Shown here one piece after another: positions 52,272-62,127 of a stretch of DNA of 64,000 bases. Positions within the stretch are counted from its first letter, which is position 1; the number at the start of each line of letters is the position of its first letter. Source of the DNA: Cyanobacteriota bacterium (GTDB taxonomy: Bacteria; Cyanobacteriota; Cyanobacteriia; Cyanobacteriales; Nostocaceae); assembly GCA_046045965.1 (NCBI GenBank), contig JBJOKS010000015.1:1-64000 (forward strand), written 5' to 3'. Both the position numbers and the translations under genes were made by a program. A model generated the notes under the pieces. It worked only from the letters and a program-made list of their open reading frames with translations, had not been told where the DNA came from and made no database searches.

Positions 52272-53066
52272 ATGTTCAAAGATATTCGAGACTATCAAAT
52301 TTTATTTCTCAGTCTATTCCTCATCTTGGGAATAGGGACAAGAGACTGGACACTGCGGCCTGAATTGATTTTAATAGCGATCGCCACCTGTGTAATCACA
52401 CAATCTATATTCTCATTAGTCACCGCAAAAGAAGCAAATATCAATCTTCGCAGTTCCCTCATCACCTCTCTCGGACTCAGTTTACTACTACGGGCTGACC
52501 ATTGGACAACAATGGCTTTAGCCGCAGCAACTGCCATCGGTAGCAAATTTATCTTCCAAACAGGTGATAAACATTTCTTTAACCCCGCCAACTTTGGCAT
52601 TATTTCCGCCTTAGCACTAACTCCTGATGCGTGGGTTTCCCCCGGTCAGTGGGGGGAAGAATGGTGGTATTGTCTGTTATTTGTGGGTACTGGAGGGATG
52701 ATTTTACAACGAGTTGGCCGTTGGGACACTACCGCAGCTTTTTTAAGTGCATATTCCCTACTGGAAGCAGTTCGTAATATTTGGTTAGGTTGGACTTGGG
52801 ATGTTTACTTACATCGGTTGATGAGTGGGTCTTTGTTACTATTTGCCTTATTTATGGTGACAGATCCCCGTTCTATTCCTAACGCCCCCATCGGTCGTAT
52901 TATTTGGGCTGTATGTATCGCCATTATCACCTTTATTTTGCGGAATTATTTCTACCTTTCTACCGCAGTTTTCTGGGCTTTATTTGCCCTTGCACCTTTA
53001 ACTATTCTCATAGATACTCTCTGGTTTGCCCCTAGATTTTCTTGGTTACAAGAAGAAAATTCTTAA
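52272..53066 (+). CDS. Stand-alone RnfD/NqrB-family membrane protein
   Basis: HFFNPANFG and FMVTDPRS motifs; multi-TM. Confidence 0.75.
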   Translation: MFKDIRDYQILFLSLFLILGIGTRDWTLRPELILIAIATCVITQSIFSLVTAKEANINLRSSLITSLGLSLLLRADHWTTMALAAATAIGSKFIFQTGDKHFFNPANFGIISALALTPDAWVSPGQWGEEWWYCLLFVGTGGMILQRVGRWDTTAAFLSAYSLLEAVRNIWLGWTWDVYLHRLMSGSLLLFALFMVTDPRSIPNAPIGRIIWAVCIAIITFILRNYFYLSTAVFWALFALAPLTILIDTLWFAPRFSWLQEENS

Positions 53067-53096
53067 TTCACAAATTGTAGCTTTCAATTACCAATT

Positions 53097-54482
53097 ATGA
53101 AAACAATGAAAAATTTTCGCTTGTTCATTCCCTTACTAATAGCACTTGTTACTGTGCTATCTTTTGCCCCTACAGCTTTAGCTTTTTGTGGTTTTTATGT
53201 TGCTAAAGCTGATACGAAATTGTATAACCAAGCTTCTCAAGTGGTCATTGCGCGAGATGGTAACAAAACAGTATTAACAATGGCTAACGACTTTCAAGGA
53301 GAAGTAAAAGACTTTGCAATGGTTGTACCTGTTCCTACAGTCATACAACAAGAACAAGTTCGCGTTGCTCAACCCAATATTATTGAAAGATTGGATGCTT
53401 TTAGCGCCCCTAGATTGGTAGAATATTTTGATGAAGATCCCTGTTCTCCAAAGAACAGACCACAATCATTATTAGCACCAACAGCAGCTACAAGAAGTGG
53501 ACGATCTGAAGAAAAAGCAATGCAAGATAATAGTTTAGGTGTGACAGTTGAGGCTCGGTTTAATGTCGGTGAATATGATATTTTGATCCTCAGTGCTAAA
53601 GAATCTAATGGTTTGGAAACTTGGTTAAATCGCAATGGCTATAAAATGCCTAGAGGTGCAAATCAATTACTCAAACCTTACATCCGTTCTTCTATGAAGT
53701 TCTTTGTTGCTAAAGTCAACTTAGATAAATTTGCAGAATCTGGTTATCAATTTCTGCGACCTTTGCAAATTGCTTATGAGTCACCCAAGTTTATGTTACC
53801 CATTCGTTTGGGGATGATTAACTCTACAAATGAGCAAGATTTGATTGTTTATATTCTCTCACCCCAAGGACAAGCAGAAGTCACCAACTACCGCACGGTA
53901 AAAGTTCCTTCTAATGTGAATATTCCTGTTTTTGTCAAAAACGAATTTGGCGACTTTTATAAATCTATGTTCCAAACTTCTTACACCAAAGAAGATAAAA
54001 AAGTTGCATTTCTAGAATATGCTTGGGATATGGGTAATTGCGATCCCTGTTCTGCTCAACCTCTCAACCCGGAAGAACTCAAGCAAGCTGGTGTATTTTG
54101 GTTGGATCAAAATGGCAATAATAACAATAGAATAGCACCTGGTTTTGGTTTTCCATTCTCTAACAGTAATGTTTACGTTACCCGTTTGCACGTCCGCTAT
54201 ACTCGTAATAAGTTCCCTGAAGATTTGATGTTTCAAACAACTTCTAACCGAGAATCTTTTCAAGGACGTTATGTTTTACAACATCCGTTTACAGGTAATT
54301 TACAATGTTCTGCGGGGAGGGAATATAAACGGTCTTTATCTCGACGTTTTGAACAAGAAGCGCAAACTTTAGCACAATTAACAAACTGGAAAATTCAAGA
54401 CATTCGCCAAAAAATGAAGTTTAATGTCGGAAATCTCACAACTTCTTGGTGGGAAAATCTCTTAATGTTTTTTGGATTTTAA
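53097..54482 (+). CDS. DUF2330-domain exported protein
   Basis: Signal peptide followed by AFCGFYVAKAD; FAMVVPVP; TRLHVRY. Confidence 0.85.
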   Translation: MKTMKNFRLFIPLLIALVTVLSFAPTALAFCGFYVAKADTKLYNQASQVVIARDGNKTVLTMANDFQGEVKDFAMVVPVPTVIQQEQVRVAQPNIIERLDAFSAPRLVEYFDEDPCSPKNRPQSLLAPTAATRSGRSEEKAMQDNSLGVTVEARFNVGEYDILILSAKESNGLETWLNRNGYKMPRGANQLLKPYIRSSMKFFVAKVNLDKFAESGYQFLRPLQIAYESPKFMLPIRLGMINSTNEQDLIVYILSPQGQAEVTNYRTVKVPSNVNIPVFVKNEFGDFYKSMFQTSYTKEDKKVAFLEYAWDMGNCDPCSAQPLNPEELKQAGVFWLDQNGNNNNRIAPGFGFPFSNSNVYVTRLHVRYTRNKFPEDLMFQTTSNRESFQGRYVLQHPFTGNLQCSAGREYKRSLSRRFEQEAQTLAQLTNWKIQDIRQKMKFNVGNLTTSWWENLLMFFGF

Positions 54483-54501
54483 ATAATTCTGTAATCACCA
54501 A

Positions 54502-54530
54502 ATCCCCAACTTCTCAAAGAAGCCGGGGAT
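54502..54530. repeat. Palindromic dispersed repeat between convergent genes
   Basis: ATCCCCAACTTCTCAAAGAAGCCGGGGAT. Confidence 0.65.
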
Positions 54531-54579
54531 CTATTGTTTTCAAATTGATTAAAATTTAGACAAGAAAATCAAGTTTTAT

Positions 54580-55143
54580 CTACAACCGGGAACATTGATC
54601 TTCTTTATTACCTTGGACAATATTGCCTCCACCCGTTGGTGCAGGACGGTTTTCTTTACATTGCAGATTACCATCAATTTTGTTAGTTCTGATAGTGATT
54701 CCTCCTGTGTTTTTAAAAGCCTGTAAATTACCGCCAATTGTGTTACCATTTGCAGTTAACTGAGCAGTATTCTCATCAAATTGTAAGTCTTGATTGATTC
54801 GAGAATTAGTAATCTGTGCTGCTCCAGATTGTTTGATTTGGATACTACCACCAATTACTGAGTTAGAATTAACAACCACATTTTTTGAGTTTTCAGCCTG
54901 AATGTTACCAACTACATTTATATTGGTTGCTCTGAGTGTTGCTTTAGACTCGACCTTGATATTACCTTTTACTTTTGTTCCAGATAAAGTACAAGTAGCA
55001 CCATCAGGTACTCGAAGGTTATCAACTGTAACAGCACCTAGTCTACTGCGACAGGTAACTTCTTCAGCTAGGACAAGTGTGGAGGAAGATAGAATCGCAG
55101 ATGCACCCAAAATAGCTATTGAAAAAAAATGTCTCTTGTTCAT
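54580..55143 (-). CDS. Secreted hypothetical protein, beta-helix-like repeats
   Basis: Signal peptide; recurring GNI/GSI/GNL-Q units. Confidence 0.7.
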   Translation of the reverse strand: MNKRHFFSIAILGASAILSSSTLVLAEEVTCRSRLGAVTVDNLRVPDGATCTLSGTKVKGNIKVESKATLRATNINVVGNIQAENSKNVVVNSNSVIGGSIQIKQSGAAQITNSRINQDLQFDENTAQLTANGNTIGGNLQAFKNTGGITIRTNKIDGNLQCKENRPAPTGGGNIVQGNKEDQCSRL

Positions 55144-55246
55144 GGAAAAACCTATCATTCTCATGTTCAGTCGATAACTTTCTGAATGACGGTAATCAGG
55201 ATCTCTTGTTCCCGGTACTTACTTGAGAATACTGAAGCAGTGAAAA

Positions 55247-55810
55247 TTATTGTTTAATTCTGGGATGCTGGGGACGACAAGGACTTCCCCAACATACTTG
55301 GCCTGCTGGCATATTGGTAAATACACTGCTACGCGCACCTATGACAGCATTAGCACCAATTTCTACTCCCAGTCCAATAAAACAATCTGTTGCTACCCAT
55401 GCACCGTTACCAACGGTAATACTTGCGGTTTTCAACCCAAAGGCTGGATCTTGAATATCATGACTACCTGTACACAGGTAACTTTTTTGGGAAACTATAC
55501 AATGTTCACCAATGTGAATCTGATCCAAGCTGTAAAATACTACATCATCACCAATCCAACTATAATCACCAATGGTAACTTTCCAAGGGTAGGTAAAACG
55601 GGCTGTGGGTCGAATTACTACGCTTTTGCCAATTTTCGCTCCAAACAGTCTCAGTAGGTTACAACGGAGATTATTTAGTGGGTGGAGAGTGAGAGGAAAG
55701 GCGATCGCTTGCACTAACCACCATAACAAAACATACCAACCCGGACGACCACGATCAAACCTGGATTGATCATATTTGCGTAAATCTACAAATGGTTTTT
55801 CATCTGTCAT
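55247..55810 (-). CDS. hpsU: WcaF-like acetyltransferase (hormogonium polysaccharide HpsU-like)
   Basis: YDQSRFDRGRPGW, LRLFGAKIG, YPWKV, LCTGSHD hexapeptide repeats. Confidence 0.75.
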   Translation of the reverse strand: MTDEKPFVDLRKYDQSRFDRGRPGWYVLLWWLVQAIAFPLTLHPLNNLRCNLLRLFGAKIGKSVVIRPTARFTYPWKVTIGDYSWIGDDVVFYSLDQIHIGEHCIVSQKSYLCTGSHDIQDPAFGLKTASITVGNGAWVATDCFIGLGVEIGANAVIGARSSVFTNMPAGQVCWGSPCRPQHPRIKQ

Positions 55811-55817
55811 TGGTAAT

Positions 55818-55963
55818 TGGGGACTCTTTACTGGGGACTCTTTACTGGGGACTGGGTACTCTTTACTGGGTACTGGGTACTGGGTACTGGGTACTGGGTA
55901 CTGGGTACTGGGTTATTAGTTTTTAGCTAATAACTAATGACTAATGACTAATAACTAATGACT
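55818..55963. repeat. STRR block: CTGGGGACTCTTTA / (CTGGGTA)n / CTAATGA-CTAATAA units
   Basis: Read directly. Confidence 0.9.
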
Positions 55964-56904
55964 TAAATTGCTGTTTTTTCAACTTCTTTATTGACAGGTT
56001 TAAGAACAGATTCAGCAGTTTTGGCAACGTTTAAAGTTCCACCTAAAGATCGTAATTCGTAAAGTTTGACTCCTATTTGATATTCATATTGACTCAATAA
56101 ACGTCCATAGATATATCCGGCTTTGCCATCTAAAAAACCACGTTGAATAAAGTAGAATAAGATAAACCGCAAGAATGGTTTAAATGGCAAGCGTACCCAC
56201 AGAGTTTTTAAGAAACGTTTGCGTTGTACCGCATCACCAAATAAATTTGCGCCTATAGTACCACTGTCATCTTTACCTGTAAGTAAATTAAAATAAACAC
56301 GGGCTTCCCAGTTAGAATATCTATTATGTCTTTCTAACCAGTGATAGATATCCCGGAAGTCCTCGTGGATCATATCATGTTTAAGATAGCCAACTTTTCC
56401 TTGCAATATTACGTGTTCGTGAACTTCGTTATCCCCTGTGTTGGGTATATCTTCAGTGTTCAGGTTTTCGTAACGGCCTTTTTGATGTTTAAATAACCGC
56501 AAATTCCAATCAGGATATTTACCACCGTGACGAATCCATTTCCCTAAGAAAAATACACGGCGATTGATATAATAACCATTACATTCATCCTTTTTAATTA
56601 ATTCAGCAATTTCTGCCCATGATTCAGGTGTAATGCGTTCATCACAATCAACTATTAATACCCATTCATTGCGAAAAGGCAGGTTTTCTAATGACCAATT
56701 TTTCTTTTTTGGCCAACTGCCATTAAATTTAAATTGTACGACTTTAGCACCGTAACTTTCGGCTATTTCGATGCTGCGATCAGTGCTTTGCGAATCAACA
56801 ACAAAAATTTCATCGGCTACTTGTAAACTCGTAAGACAAGCTGGTAGGTTTGCTTGTTCGTTTTTGGCGGGAATGAGTACGGAAACTGGTATCTTAGATG
56901 ACAT
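55963..56904 (-). CDS. Glycosyltransferase family 2
   Basis: IPAKNE, VDSQSTD, VDCDE, VHEH. Confidence 0.92.
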   Translation of the reverse strand: MSSKIPVSVLIPAKNEQANLPACLTSLQVADEIFVVDSQSTDRSIEIAESYGAKVVQFKFNGSWPKKKNWSLENLPFRNEWVLIVDCDERITPESWAEIAELIKKDECNGYYINRRVFFLGKWIRHGGKYPDWNLRLFKHQKGRYENLNTEDIPNTGDNEVHEHVILQGKVGYLKHDMIHEDFRDIYHWLERHNRYSNWEARVYFNLLTGKDDSGTIGANLFGDAVQRKRFLKTLWVRLPFKPFLRFILFYFIQRGFLDGKAGYIYGRLLSQYEYQIGVKLYELRSLGGTLNVAKTAESVLKPVNKEVEKTAI

Positions 56905-56922
56905 AATAATTGTTATTTTAAT

Positions 56923-57855
56923 TCATTTTTTGTTGTGTTTAGACAGCAGTCCGTGAATGGCAGCATTTAAGTAACCAATCTGACTATAAGCATAGACCAA
57001 TTTATCAAATCTTTCGGCAGGGTCAGTAATATATTGTAATGATTTATATAAGCCACGCAAACACTTTTCGCTTCCTCGTTGCAGTTGTCCAATCCCAGCT
57101 TGACCAGCTAGTTGTTCTCTATAGCATTCACTAATGCCTTGCCACCAACCCCGGTTGAAAAACCAGGAGGGTTTTAGCCGTTCTGGGGCGACATTGTGAG
57201 CTACTAAGGCTGCGGGAAGATAAGCGACTTGCCAACCACGCTGGAGGGCAAATTCGGTCATTTGCAGTTCTTCGTTGGATAAGAGGTTTTTGCCGACTCT
57301 TCCGAGTTGTGGATCAAAACCTCCTATCTCGTCTAGAAAACTACGACGGATGGAGTAATTTAAGCCTCTAGGGGTGGAACCTGGTTGTTGAATGTGGAGG
57401 ATGTTGTCTCCTAAGTCGTAAGCTCCTAAGTTAGCAGCTAGTCCGGGAGATAGCCATTTTGGTGGTTGGATGTCTGGAGGCCAAAGTAGAGTAACTTTAC
57501 CACCGGCGATCGCTAATTTAGAATTATTTTGATATGCTGAGTACAAAACTTGCAACCATTGGGGACTGGCTTCTGCATCATCATCTAAATAGGCGATAAT
57601 GTCGGCATTGGCAGCTTTAGCCCCTGTGTTACGAGCTACCGATAAGCCAATAGTTGGTTCAAAAATATACTTCAGGTGAGGATGCTGGGATCTTTGTTCT
57701 ACTACTTCACGGGTGCGATCGCTTGAACCATTATCCACTACCACGATTTCAAAGTTAGCAGTAAATTCCTGCCCTAGCAGACTGTCAATTGCTGCGCCTA
57801 AGTAGGTATCTCGATTGTGAGTACAAATGATGGCAGAAATCTGGATATCTGGCAT
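56923..57855 (-). CDS. Glycosyltransferase family 2
   Basis: ICTHNR, VDNGSSD, GLSVARN, YLDDD. Confidence 0.92.
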   Translation of the reverse strand: MPDIQISAIICTHNRDTYLGAAIDSLLGQEFTANFEIVVVDNGSSDRTREVVEQRSQHPHLKYIFEPTIGLSVARNTGAKAANADIIAYLDDDAEASPQWLQVLYSAYQNNSKLAIAGGKVTLLWPPDIQPPKWLSPGLAANLGAYDLGDNILHIQQPGSTPRGLNYSIRRSFLDEIGGFDPQLGRVGKNLLSNEELQMTEFALQRGWQVAYLPAALVAHNVAPERLKPSWFFNRGWWQGISECYREQLAGQAGIGQLQRGSEKCLRGLYKSLQYITDPAERFDKLVYAYSQIGYLNAAIHGLLSKHNKK

Positions 57856-58041
57856 AGTCCTGGTTTGGTACTGAGGAATTTGAGTTTTTAGTTGAAAATA
57901 CTCAAATCAATTCTACTCTGGCTCTCTGTTTGTTAATATACCCTAAAATTCACCAAGTTTACCAGCCGTATTTATACTGTAAAAAACTTTATGAAAACTT
58001 GTTAATTCCTTCATATTTAATTCATCCAATTTTTTGCCAAA

Positions 58042-58848
58042 CTATAATTGTTGAATATGGCTGTGTAAAGCCACAAGTGTTTCCGCTAATTGGCTTAAGC
58101 GAGTTTCTAGATGCTGCTTGCGTCCAAACAGTTGACGTAATTTTTGATACCTGGCAATAGCCATACTAACGGTAGGAACCTGATCGACTGGACATTGACG
58201 AGACCAAACTTTACCAGACTCATCAATTCCACAAAGGCGGTAGCCAGTACGGGATGATTGATAGGATACCTTCTCTCCAGACTCGCAAATTTCCTGCACA
58301 TAATCCATCAGCCGTTCAACTTCCGCATGACGCAGGGTTGCGGTTCCCCCTGGTTCTGCTTCTTGGGGATTGGATTCTAACCAGCCATTAATAACTGGAC
58401 CTTCTAAGTAAATATCCTGAATTTCTTGAAGAATTGTTTGTAATTCTATTTGCCACCCTGCCACCGTCTCTTGAATATCCTGTAGGAGATTCATAGCAAA
58501 TGCTGGATTTGCACCGTGACGATGGTTACTAAAGCTTGGTGATTTAAATTTGGGTAAGCTGGGTGTTTTTCCTCCAGTTTCTTGGGCGGGAAAAGTCTGT
58601 ACGGAATTATGTTTGGGAAATAAATGCTGCTGTAATTCGGTTTCGATCTTAGTATTTGTATTTACATCAACTGTACTGATGCCTTCATCGGTGGAAGTTT
58701 CTCTACTTTCTCCAGCTTTGTTAGATCCGATACTAATCCTAAAGGAGAATGGGCGTTTTGTCCCATCACCTGTTTCTGGTGGCAACTGAGTTCCGTGTAT
58801 ACCTAAATCATGTAGAGTTGCCTCAATGCGTTTTAAGCCTGGTTTCAT
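58042..58848 (-). CDS. Conserved cyanobacterial hypothetical protein
   Basis: HRHGANP, YLEGPVINGWLES, GYRLCG; C-terminal coiled coil. Confidence 0.7.
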   Translation of the reverse strand: MKPGLKRIEATLHDLGIHGTQLPPETGDGTKRPFSFRISIGSNKAGESRETSTDEGISTVDVNTNTKIETELQQHLFPKHNSVQTFPAQETGGKTPSLPKFKSPSFSNHRHGANPAFAMNLLQDIQETVAGWQIELQTILQEIQDIYLEGPVINGWLESNPQEAEPGGTATLRHAEVERLMDYVQEICESGEKVSYQSSRTGYRLCGIDESGKVWSRQCPVDQVPTVSMAIARYQKLRQLFGRKQHLETRLSQLAETLVALHSHIQQL

Positions 58849-59015
58849 AAACAGATCCTGAAGCTTGTTCTGCTGGTATTGTTAACTATTGAGAGTTTGT
58901 TAAGAGCGCAAATTTATTGAGAAACTTTTCTTTATTGTATAAGGAATTATAGTAATTGATAAGAATCTTAACTAGAAATCAGGACTGTTTTGAACAGATA
59001 TATGTCAAGATAATT

Positions 59016-59564
59016 ATGAGTAGAGTTATTTTAGTAACAGGTCCAGCACGCTCAGGGAAAAGTGAATGGGCGGAAAATTTAGCAATTCAGTCCAGAAATC
59101 CAGTTATTTATATAGCAACAGCTACAGAAAATCCCGATGATCAAGAGTGGCAACAACGTATTGAAAAACACAAACAACGTCGGCCGCAAGATTGGGTAAC
59201 TCTTTCTGTACCTGTGGAACTTGCTGCTACTCTCAGTAATGCCAAATCTGATACCTGTATTTTGATTGATTCTTTGGGAACTTGGGTAGCTAATTTTTTG
59301 GAAGAGGATGATTTAAACTGGGAAAAAACCTTGGCAGAGTTGTTAGCAGTTATATCTTTAGTTGAGGCTGAGTTGCTGTTTGTTGCCGAAGAAACAGGTT
59401 GGGGTGTAGTTCCAGCTTATCCCATAGGTAGGAAGTTTCGCGATCGCTTGGGTGCTTTAGTCCGTCAGTTAGGTGCGATGTGTGAAACGGTTTACTTAGT
59501 AACTGGTGGTCATGTTCTCAATCTCAGTGTTATCGGTTTTCCCTTACCACCCACAAAGTCTTAA
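59016..59564 (+). CDS. cobU: Adenosylcobinamide kinase / cobinamide-phosphate guanylyltransferase
   Basis: TGPARSGKS, RIEKHKQRRP, EETGWGVVP, FRDRLG. Confidence 0.95.
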   Translation: MSRVILVTGPARSGKSEWAENLAIQSRNPVIYIATATENPDDQEWQQRIEKHKQRRPQDWVTLSVPVELAATLSNAKSDTCILIDSLGTWVANFLEEDDLNWEKTLAELLAVISLVEAELLFVAEETGWGVVPAYPIGRKFRDRLGALVRQLGAMCETVYLVTGGHVLNLSVIGFPLPPTKS

Positions 59565-59621
59565 TTCAAAATTAAAGATTCACCAGGTAAAATTTCGGAA
59601 TTAGCCACTAAAATTAAGATT

Positions 59622-60065
59622 ATGGCAAATAAACAAGACGTAAAAAAATATCTTGCTCACTGGTTTCAGTTAGGGAAGAAAGTTATAGTTGGTCACAGTG
59701 ATCAAAGCTTCTTACCTAACCCAGTGTTAAAGGGCGATCGCTATAGTCCAGAATTTGAAGAGTCTTGGGAAACAATTCTTTCCTTAGAAACCCGTGATTG
59801 TTATTTAGAAGGCACTCAAGAAACTATAGCCCAACTGCTGACACCAACATGGGAAGTGCTTCCTTGTGGACGCTGTGCCATGTTAGTACCCGTTAAAACT
59901 ATGGGAATGCCATCAATATTGTGTCCTTGTTATTATTTGGACACCTGGCCTAATAATGAATTACCAGCGCCAAGATGTCCAGTGAATAGTCAACAACAAT
60001 TGATAGGAATTCGCGATGCCTGTAGCGAGCGAAGCGATCGCTTGCTGGAAAATGTATCTTCGTAA
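59622..60065 (+). CDS. Conserved cyanobacterial hypothetical protein (Cys-rich)
   Basis: VKKYLAHWFQLGK, YSPEFE, LEGT, CGRC, CPC, WPN. Confidence 0.75.
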   Translation: MANKQDVKKYLAHWFQLGKKVIVGHSDQSFLPNPVLKGDRYSPEFEESWETILSLETRDCYLEGTQETIAQLLTPTWEVLPCGRCAMLVPVKTMGMPSILCPCYYLDTWPNNELPAPRCPVNSQQQLIGIRDACSERSDRLLENVSS

Positions 60066-60092
60066 ATTTAACAACTTGTTAACCACATACAG

Positions 60093-60127
<35 letters not shown>

Positions 60128-60624
60128 AAAACAGGGGAATGTGTATAGGTTTCAATTTTGATTCTGTACCTCATTGATCTGCAATCTACTATAAGTTGTT
60201 AAATCATTCTTTTTAAGAGATTTTTAAAGAGATTTAAATAAAATTGTGGTTTTCCCTATAAATAACCACTTCATTTATATATATAGTTTTGCATTTGAGT
60301 CAAATACAGTTAAATACCTCTTTTCAAACCTCTCTCCCACAAGGATAGGGGTTTTGTCTTTTTCAATTCCATCCAGAACCACTATAACAGAGAGTTTTGA
60401 ATCTGGAATTTTCATCTTTATTATTTTTGCACAATTACTTATAATTAGCGCGTGTATTTTTCGGAAATACGGATTTCTAAATCTGGTAATTAAGTTTGCA
60501 TAAATTGAGCATGACTTCAAGGGTTACTCCTCGATATTCTATTAACAAGCGAGGAATTGAGCAGCACGCAAAACTAAATCAACTCCAAGCGATAACGAAG
60601 ATCAAGATCAAGGAGATTTCTATC

Positions 60625-60840
60625 ATGTCTAACTTATTTACCGCAGTATCCGTTGAACAACAAGAAATCGTAGCTGGTGGTATTACATTGGATGAGTTAA
60701 CTGGAACTGCTTTCTCTGAAGAAATTCTGCTATTTGATACCACTCTTTCCTCTAATCGTAACGGTAGCACAGTAGATCAGTTTGTTTTCGCTTCTGATGT
60801 ATTTACTGATGCTTTCAAAGATGTTAACATCAACATCTAA
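60625..60840 (+). CDS. Double-glycine-leader precursor peptide 1 (CTB-family bacteriocin-like), 71 aa
   Basis: AGGAGA RBS; leader MSNLFTAVSVEQQEIVAGG; 52-aa core. The true start is 60625, not 60496. Confidence 0.85.
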   Translation: MSNLFTAVSVEQQEIVAGGITLDELTGTAFSEEILLFDTTLSSNRNGSTVDQFVFASDVFTDAFKDVNINI

Positions 60841-61314
60841 TTGATTAATTATTAGGCAATTAACTCATATACAAAATTAATTGCCTAAGCTTCTTCCATC
60901 ACTCTTGGATAAATTGAAGATTTGTCGGCGTTCCAGTCAAGGTAAATTCGATATTTGCTCTGAAAGTGATGGAAGATTGTTAATCTAATCAGTTGTGAAA
61001 TTAGGATTTTTTTGGTTTTTTGATATATATCTTAATAAGAAAATCAACATAATTAAACTTAAAATTTCAGGATATAGCTCCCCGAATTCTCTAAGAAGTC
61101 GGGTATATTGTTGTTGATATTTAAATACTTCTCTCTAATAATTAGCGCGTGTATTTTTCGGAAATAAAGATTTCTAAAGTTGGAAATTAAGTTTGCAGAA
61201 ATTGAGCATGACTTCAAGGGTTAGTCCTCGATATTCTATTAACAAGCGAGGAGTTGAGCAGCACGCAAGACAAATCAACTCCAAGCAATAACTCAGATCA
61301 AGGAGATTTCTATC

Positions 61315-61533
61315 ATGTCTAACTTATTTACCGCAGTATCCGCTGAACAACAAGAAATCGTAGCTGGTGGAAGCATTACATTGGATGAATTGGCTGCAAC
61401 TATTTTCTCTGAAGAAATACTGCTATTTGATACCACTCTTTCATCTAATGGTAACGGTAGCACAGTAGATCAGTTTGTTTTCGCTTCGGATGTATTTACT
61501 GATGCTTTCAAAGATGTTAACCTCAGCATCTAA
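61315..61533 (+). CDS. Double-glycine-leader precursor peptide 2, 72 aa
   Basis: Leader MSNLFTAVSAEQQEIVAGG; close paralog of precursor 1. Confidence 0.87.
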   Translation: MSNLFTAVSAEQQEIVAGGSITLDELAATIFSEEILLFDTTLSSNGNGSTVDQFVFASDVFTDAFKDVNLSI

Positions 61534-61722
61534 TAACATCTAATTGAGTAATCATTAGGCAATTAAATCATATACAAAATTAATTGCCTAATCTTCTTCC
61601 ATCACTCTTAGATAAATTCAAAATGTTTCGGCGATACAGTCAACGTAAATTCCATATTTAATTTGAAAGTGATGGAAGATATCTATTTGGCTTTAATCAT
61701 AAAATAACCAAAAAATAACCAT

Positions 61723-62031
61723 ATGTCTGAAGATATCAAAACCCCAAAATCTGAATTATTCTATGATTTGTCTGAACAAGAACAAGAGTCAGTAGTTGGA
61801 GGAATTTCCTATTATTCACTTGATATTCAAAAGACAGATATATACTCTTATGCCTTGAATGAAACAAATTTTTCTGATGGTAACAAGAATTTTTCTACCA
61901 AACAACAAACTGGATATCTGCTTTCACAAATTACTATTGGATTGAATATATTTGCTCAAGAAAGCTGGCAAAGTTTCAACCAGAGTAGCTTAAGTTTATT
62001 AAATACGTTATTTCGGCTTCTACATTTTTAA
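61723..62031 (+). CDS. Divergent double-glycine-leader peptide 3, 102 aa
   Basis: LFYDLSEQEQESVVGG leader; Ser/Thr-rich, Cys-free core. Confidence 0.75.
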   Translation: MSEDIKTPKSELFYDLSEQEQESVVGGISYYSLDIQKTDIYSYALNETNFSDGNKNFSTKQQTGYLLSQITIGLNIFAQESWQSFNQSSLSLLNTLFRLLHF

Positions 62032-62127
62032 ACTTGACAATCAAAAAGATTACTGAAAACCTAAGATAAGCAAACAGATTGACAACATTTTTGGTTGATA
62101 GTTGTTAATCTGTAAACTAATTAATCT

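Larger units (their letters stand above)
60441..61680 (+). repeat. Direct duplication of a ~540-bp unit (60441-60977 and 61138-61680): upstream region + precursor gene + downstream hairpins
   Basis: Both units begin ATAATTAGCGCGTGTATTTTTCGGAAATA and end GAAAGTGATGGAAGAT. Confidence 0.92.

Noticed and set aside
60246..60520. Overlapping ORFs 60246..60503(+) and 60275..60520(-)
   Set aside because: No recognisable motifs, non-ATG starts, AT-rich intergenic sequence overlapping the duplicated regulatory unit.
60496..60624. N-terminal extension of precursor 1 in the ORF track
   Set aside because: The RBS and the paralog at 61315 place the start at 60625; the upstream region is the duplicated leader.
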